Source of the DNA: Methanobacteriota archaeon
GTDB lineage: Archaea; Thermoplasmatota; Poseidoniia; Poseidoniales; Poseidoniaceae
Reading direction: 5' to 3'
DNA: 22,805 nt
Assembly: GCA_018650165.1 (NCBI GenBank)
Contig: JABIGM010000023.1
Coordinates: 1-22,805, forward strand
Shown here one piece after another: positions 17,775-22,805 of the stretch (its first letter is position 1; each line of letters opens with the position of its first letter). Under the pieces are notes generated by a model, which had not been told where the DNA came from, searched no databases, and saw nothing but the letters and a program-made list of their open reading frames with translations. The position numbers and the translations under genes were made by a program.

Positions 17775-17797
17775 AGTGATATCTTAATGATATCACT
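17775..17797. promoter_or_regulatory. Perfect 9-bp inverted repeat AGTGATATC-N5-GATATCACT, candidate operator overlapping the SPFH operon promoter
   Basis: Seen directly; lies 28-50 nt upstream of ATG 17747 and overlaps the expected BRE/TATA position. Confidence 0.75.
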
Positions 17798-17838
17798 TTA
17801 ATATCGGATAATGAATCTGTATAAAACCGGTTTCAAAA

Positions 17839-20790
17839 TCATTCAGTTTCCTCAGAACTTTCTTCGGATTTAGAATCGTCTCCGGTATCTTCAGAACCAG
17901 ATTCTGCCGCAATTATTTCTTCCATGGTTTCATCAGTTGAAGGTAAATCATCCATCTTAACCATTGGTTCTGGCTGTGTAAGTTCAGTCCATTTTGTCTT
18001 ACTGCGAGATTCTTCGGAATCCTCTTTGAAGATCAAAGCAGCACCAGCAAATAATGATACGAATCCAAGAGCCCAGAAGCACAATGTAACGTAATCTACC
18101 CAGTGGTCAAAGTTTGTAAAGTAGGCAAAAGAATCTTGATTAGTCACAATTTGTGATTCCATTGTTTCAGCAGTTTCATCATCAAGTTCTCCATCGGTTT
18201 CGATGACGAAAACTTGTGTTAAATCAGCCATTGTTGGTGGAGTCTGCTGCTCCCATGTTGGGCGTGTATCAAGCCAGAATGTGGATTTAGATTCCCCTGC
18301 AATTATCGCTCCACTAAGTTGTTCTACCTTGACCTCAACATCGCTGCCAAAGTATACTGGGAGAGCGCCTGGTGTTGCATCAAGCAGGTCGCCATTATTG
18401 ATTAATTTCGCTTGTATTGGGCGAGTGAGCGGATCCATTGATGCAGTACATATGTCGACAGGGATACCTTTCAGAGTGCCTTCTTTGTCACAGCTCAGTT
18501 CAGCAGTACCATAGCCTGAGAGATCGATTAAATCCCCCTCTCCGGTGATGAAACCGCCAGATGTTTCTCCACGTATTTCAGCGGTGATTAATCCAAATGT
18601 GGCCATTTCTTTTTCGACAGATCTCCATCCAACATACTCACTATCTCCAACCATTACAGTTTCTCCTTTGTCACAGGTATCGGTCTCACCTGTGCAGATG
18701 GTGATAATTCCAGGGTCTCCAGTCGATATGCCTCCATCGACATATGCATCTGAACCGAAATATGTTTCATTAGACTCTAGGCTTGTCCACCCCACGGTCA
18801 TATCTTCAGAATTATCACTTGCGAGGTATGCATTTACTGGGTCATGCCATCCAAGCAACCAATTATCAACTGACTGAGTTAGGTAGCGCGAGGTTCCAAA
18901 GGAATCGATAAGGAACTGTGGGACGAAGTCTTTGAACACGATTTCCATGAGGAGTAACCGAGTTGCATTTGCTGCATTTTCATCTATTCCGTAAATCGAA
19001 GACACAGTTTCAGCGTTCCAAACTTGTGCTTCAGCGCGCTGTCCTGTTGTGAAATTAATTGGGATCGATTTTCCGCTCAACTCGCCGTACAGGAACATTG
19101 CAGCACCTTTTGCGGTTGCCAATCCGTATGGACCAAATAGCATGTTAGAACTTTGATTTTGAGTTAGGTTTACCGATTCACCAGCAGGGAATCCAAGGAT
19201 GCCACTCCCCCACATGCCGCCAGCATTCAGTGAATATTGCATGTATGTATTGTCGATTGGATTTAGTGAACCAAAGGTCTGGTTCACAAATTCTGAGGCT
19301 GTGATGTATCCTTCTCCACCAACCAGAATAAGTGGCAGTGCAGCAATATCTCCTGCCCAATCGCTACATAATGATTTTATTGCAGCGTGTTGGCTTTTGG
19401 TAATGCCGTAGAGTTCCATTGCATCATCTTTCTTCATATCTAGGAATGTAGATAATCCAAAGGAAGTGCCAGATTCACTGACTGCAAGGATTCCTAGCGG
19501 GTCATCAGTTCCGTCCCCTAGATGCAATACATTTCTGGCTACATCATTATCGATTTCTAAATCCATCAACCACCTAAAGCGCTGAGTAAGATTAATCGCA
19601 TCTTCGTCACCGTTTGTTAGGTAATTATCATCGAGAGCCCCATAATCCTGCATTAATTTGCCCATTCCTCCATATAGGGTCCAATCCCTTGCCAGTGTAA
19701 TGTTCAAATCAGTAGGGTGGGTAAAATCCCAAAGTTCAGCACGTTCCAGCGTAACTGAGTTTTCAGGGTCTGCTAGTATCTCTTCAAGAGATTCGGGCTC
19801 ACCCATCGAAGCATAAACCAGTGGTCCCATGTAATTTAGTAAAGAAATATTTTCTCCATCAGGTCCAACCGCATGATTGAATGCATAGTCAAGGTCTAAA
19901 ATCCACCTAAAAGAGGAGGTTTCATTATCTTCTATACCGTTGTTATTTGGATCATATTCGCTCATCCAATTCTCATCAGCTTCAAGTACGCCATCTCCAT
20001 CATCATTCCATTCATGCTGATTCCACTGTGGGTGAACGCCACCCGAACTAAGATAAGTTGCAGTGTCATCGTCAAGGAAATTTTCCCCATAGGCTTCATC
20101 GAGCAAGTCAAACATTCCATCTAGGTAAAATGACTCCGCATTATCTCCTTCTAATGTATTTACAATTGCACCTTCGTATGCTCCTTCGGCAGCAGTTAGA
20201 TTCTGAATGTTTCCTAAATTGTATTGTGCTACATTGTGAGCGGGTGCAACAAGTTGGAAATGAGTGTCAAGGACACCAGATGCAAATCCAATTTTTGTAA
20301 TTTTCATGACCTCAGCAATTGCAGTTCCCGTAGCGCCAACTACTTGTGGCGTAAATGCAATATTCAGTTGGCTGACTTCTGTTGAGCATGCAACAGCGGT
20401 GTCAGTCGCACATGCATATGAAGTGGTTTGTTTGTATGTGAGTAAACCATTTTTGATATCGTAATTATCCACCTCTTTCTTGAGGGTGACATCATAAGTT
20501 ACAGGGCCAATTGTTTCATATTGAGGCTGTGAACCATTTGCAATGACATCATCGACATTCCATATATGCCACGCATAGAAATCACGTTGACTAGTAGATT
20601 CCTTCCAATCATCATTTATCTCGGTGCACAAGACATTTTCACAAATGTCATCTTTTGCTTTCATGGACACCGCATCTTCAACAGCAGCAGGGACCGCACT
20701 GGTTGCCATCGGTCCTAAAACTGCCAAGTTCATTGTAACCATTAGAAGGCCGGCGACTACCATAGTCATGTTCAGTGGCTTGAGACTCAT
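17839..20790 (-). CDS. CD36/SR-BI/LIMP-2 (class B scavenger receptor)-like membrane protein with a large insertion (~983 aa)
   Basis: N- and C-terminal TM helices. Ordered CD36-like motifs W....S.R.F...N...V...P.....GP.TY, LNIA, QSVDNWLLGWHDP, LKGIPV, VEQLSG, ETDGELDDETAETMESQI. Start placed at ATG 20790 because a promoter-like motif lies 24 nt upstream and the track's start at 20871 overlaps pyk. Confidence 0.75.
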   Translation of the reverse strand: MSLKPLNMTMVVAGLLMVTMNLAVLGPMATSAVPAAVEDAVSMKAKDDICENVLCTEINDDWKESTSQRDFYAWHIWNVDDVIANGSQPQYETIGPVTYDVTLKKEVDNYDIKNGLLTYKQTTSYACATDTAVACSTEVSQLNIAFTPQVVGATGTAIAEVMKITKIGFASGVLDTHFQLVAPAHNVAQYNLGNIQNLTAAEGAYEGAIVNTLEGDNAESFYLDGMFDLLDEAYGENFLDDDTATYLSSGGVHPQWNQHEWNDDGDGVLEADENWMSEYDPNNNGIEDNETSSFRWILDLDYAFNHAVGPDGENISLLNYMGPLVYASMGEPESLEEILADPENSVTLERAELWDFTHPTDLNITLARDWTLYGGMGKLMQDYGALDDNYLTNGDEDAINLTQRFRWLMDLEIDNDVARNVLHLGDGTDDPLGILAVSESGTSFGLSTFLDMKKDDAMELYGITKSQHAAIKSLCSDWAGDIAALPLILVGGEGYITASEFVNQTFGSLNPIDNTYMQYSLNAGGMWGSGILGFPAGESVNLTQNQSSNMLFGPYGLATAKGAAMFLYGELSGKSIPINFTTGQRAEAQVWNAETVSSIYGIDENAANATRLLLMEIVFKDFVPQFLIDSFGTSRYLTQSVDNWLLGWHDPVNAYLASDNSEDMTVGWTSLESNETYFGSDAYVDGGISTGDPGIITICTGETDTCDKGETVMVGDSEYVGWRSVEKEMATFGLITAEIRGETSGGFITGEGDLIDLSGYGTAELSCDKEGTLKGIPVDICTASMDPLTRPIQAKLINNGDLLDATPGALPVYFGSDVEVKVEQLSGAIIAGESKSTFWLDTRPTWEQQTPPTMADLTQVFVIETDGELDDETAETMESQIVTNQDSFAYFTNFDHWVDYVTLCFWALGFVSLFAGAALIFKEDSEESRSKTKWTELTQPEPMVKMDDLPSTDETMEEIIAAESGSEDTGDDSKSEESSEETE

Positions 20791-20811
20791 GGTCTGCGAG
20801 ACTACCATTAG

Positions 20812-20826
20812 CCATTGAACCTTGCG
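20812..20826 (-). promoter_or_regulatory. Putative BRE/TATA-like promoter of the CD36-like gene (CGCAAGGTTCAATGG)
   Basis: Shares AAGGTTCAA with the rfcS upstream motif; 24 nt from ATG 20790. Confidence 0.5.
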
Positions 20827-20845
20827 TAGGAATGGGTGGGGGAAA

Positions 20846-22285
20846 TTACTCTGTTCCAGAAATAGTCCCATCTGGTTCTAGCCGGTACAACCGCACAGTA
20901 CTAGTTGCTCCACGCATGGCAAGCGGCGAGCCAGATATTGCTACAATCCTCTCTCCCGATTTCAGGGACCCATTATCAGCAAGCATGCGCACAGCGGCTT
21001 GCATGGTTTGCGACCCTCTTTCATACTCTTCAACCATGACAGATTCAACACCAGGTAACAAATTCATTCGGCGTGCTGCTCTAAGACGATCCGTAACAGC
21101 AGTCACCACAAAATCAGGGCGATAACCTGCGACCAATCTAGGAGCATTACCGTGTTGTGTGGCAACAAGAATGTGCCTAGCCCCAGATATTTTTGCCAAT
21201 TCTACTCCCGCGTGTGCAACTGCGCGAGTTGAACGGAATTTTGAGAGTGCTCCCGGTGTACCACCTGAGGTCTCTAGCCCTTCCTCAGTTGCAGTAACTA
21301 TCCTAACCATTGTTTCAACTGTAGTCACCGGATGATTACCTGATGCAGTCTCTCCAGATAGCATAACTGCGGTGCCACCGTGACGTATAGCCGTTGATAC
21401 ATCACTAACTTCGGCCCTAGTGGGCCTTGGATTAAGAGTCATAGATTCTAGCATTTGAGTAGCAACGATAACAACCATCCCTCTCATCAATCCGGCATCA
21501 ATTATGTTTTGCTGCGCTAAAGGGACCTGCTCTAATGGAATTTCCACTCCCAAATCACCTCTTGCAACCATTACACCATCTGCAGCATCAAGGATAGAAT
21601 GTAGATTTGTTAGCGCCGATGGATGCTCGATTTTAGCAATAATTGGAGTATGCTTTCCTGCAGCTTTAACCGCCTCTTTTGCAGGGCGTAAATCTTCAGC
21701 ATTTCTAACATACGAAACCGCAATCCAGTCGGCACCAGCCTCAAGAGCATGGGCCAGTGCCTTCTCATCTTTTGGACCAATGGCAGGTAAATCGATTGTA
21801 GTGCCTGGAACATTTACTCCTTTCCTACTGGTTAGAGGTCCACCGTCTTCGACAAGACAGTCTACGAACGAACCTACTTTTCCACCTGTAGCAGTTACAG
21901 ATAACCGAATTAATCCATCAGCGAGAAGTACGGAGTCTCCAACTTTCAATTCCGCTGAAAGGCCGGCATATTCTACCGGTATTTCTGGGCCATCATGTTG
22001 AGAAAGGCCGCACAGCAAGCGTAGAGATTCACCATTTCTAGTTAATCGCACTCCGGGAAATTCTCCCAAGCGTAATTTAGGACCCGGTAGATCTGCAAGA
22101 ATACAAGTTGTTCTGCCATCCTTTTCTAGTGAGCGTATACGCTCATACAACTCGGTTTTTTGTTCAGGCTCTCCATGTGAATAATTGAGTCGGAAAACAT
22201 TAGCTCCTGCATCAAACATTGAATTTAGATTATCTAAATCCCAAGATGCTGGGCCGATTGTGGCAACCACCCGAGTTCTTCTCAT
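20846..22285 (-). CDS. pyk: Pyruvate kinase (479 aa)
   Basis: TRVVATIGPAS, FRLNYSHG, ILADLPGPKLR, RKGVNVP, IIAKIE, GVMVARGDLGVE, ATQMLESM, PTRAEVSDV, MLSGETA. Confidence 0.97.
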   Translation of the reverse strand: MRRTRVVATIGPASWDLDNLNSMFDAGANVFRLNYSHGEPEQKTELYERIRSLEKDGRTTCILADLPGPKLRLGEFPGVRLTRNGESLRLLCGLSQHDGPEIPVEYAGLSAELKVGDSVLLADGLIRLSVTATGGKVGSFVDCLVEDGGPLTSRKGVNVPGTTIDLPAIGPKDEKALAHALEAGADWIAVSYVRNAEDLRPAKEAVKAAGKHTPIIAKIEHPSALTNLHSILDAADGVMVARGDLGVEIPLEQVPLAQQNIIDAGLMRGMVVIVATQMLESMTLNPRPTRAEVSDVSTAIRHGGTAVMLSGETASGNHPVTTVETMVRIVTATEEGLETSGGTPGALSKFRSTRAVAHAGVELAKISGARHILVATQHGNAPRLVAGYRPDFVVTAVTDRLRAARRMNLLPGVESVMVEEYERGSQTMQAAVRMLADNGSLKSGERIVAISGSPLAMRGATSTVRLYRLEPDGTISGTE

Positions 22286-22536
22286 GTACTAAACTCGGAG
22301 CACCGAGCACTAAAGCACTCTCTATGTATTCTCCTTATTTCACCCGATTCTGGCTCCACAGGCAATAAAGGAGGGACCCTTTGCACACCCGTCCTTTCAA
22401 TGGGTAGCGACGAATAGCACCCACTAAGAGCCCATAGATTCGCAAATATTGTACACATGGGTTTGAGCATAGACCCTTGCGAATTATCTATATTCGATTA
22501 TTCTATTCTCAAACTTGTTTCTAAACACTAAGATGT

Positions 22537-22797
22537 TCAACTGCAAGCGGTCATACACCCCATTTGCCCCATAAGCCAGACATAGAATATCACCGATAAG
22601 AGTAGAACACTACCGACGATTCCGATTCCAATTTTTACCCCGCTAATCACTGGAGGATTGGTTGTGTGCCCGTTTGAAATATCTTCATCATCTTCCCAGG
22701 AGAATTCTTCATCACAATGTGGGCAATCAAATAATCCAAAAACGTCATCTTCTAATTCAATGCCTTCATCACAATGAGGGCATTCAATTTCAACCAT
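22537..22797 (-). CDS. Small CPHC-CPHC Zn-finger protein with C-terminal TM helix (86 aa)
   Basis: IECPHC...FDCPHCDEEF, acidic linker, hydrophobic IGIGIVGSVLLLSVIFYVWL. Confidence 0.75.
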   Translation of the reverse strand: MVEIECPHCDEGIELEDDVFGLFDCPHCDEEFSWEDDEDISNGHTTNPPVISGVKIGIGIVGSVLLLSVIFYVWLMGQMGCMTACS

Positions 22798-22805
22798 AGC
22801 ACTAC

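Noticed and set aside
15680-17830. Genomic island or provirus integrated at tRNA-Met
   Set aside because: No integrase, and I found no repeat of the tRNA 3' end by eye. Bacterial-like genes alone are not enough; an exact repeat search would settle it.
20791-20871. N-terminal extension of the 1010-aa ORF
   Set aside because: It overlaps the pyk 3' end, is not signal-like, and spans the promoter-like motif
21504-22001. 165-aa antisense ORF, and the many other opposite-strand ORFs within the permease, surface-protein, rfcS, SPFH and CD36-like genes
   Set aside because: Shadow ORFs fully overlapping well-supported genes, with no motifs
22282-22470. 62-aa ORF with an ATGA overlap onto the pyk start
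   Set aside because: No recognisable motif or SD, and it runs through the apparent pyk promoter; likely spurious, although the overlap geometry is noted
1-22805. CRISPR array, rRNA or IS element
   Set aside because: No spaced direct repeats, rRNA-like sequence, transposase ORF or terminal inverted repeats seen

Overview
Archaeal genomic window. The gene set, leaderless promoters, GGGGTG/GGAGGGTGA Shine-Dalgarno sites, intron-containing tRNA-Met and acidic or Trp-rich-tailed membrane proteins fit Marine Group II Euryarchaeota (Ca. Poseidoniales); this assignment is by inference. Contents in order: an APC-family amino-acid permease fused to a C-terminal EF-hand pair; a tandem pair of surface proteins, namely a 3028-aa protein with 7 DNRLRE/CBM96-like domains on an 8-repeat Ig-like stalk and an 854-aa 'headless' paralog made only of the colinear stalk; replication factor C small subunit; a membrane protein; elongator tRNA-Met(CAT) with a 56-nt BHB intron; a DUF2237 gene; a four-gene SPFH operon ending in a 52-aa Arc/ribbon-helix-helix gene missed by the ORF track, with a perfect palindromic candidate operator over its promoter; a ~983-aa CD36/SR-B/LIMP-2 scavenger-receptor-like protein; pyruvate kinase; and a small Zn-finger membrane protein. 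The top observations are the archaeal CD36-like receptor, the SPFH-RHH operon with its operator, and the head-plus-headless surface protein pair. All family calls are by motif recognition; no database searches were run.
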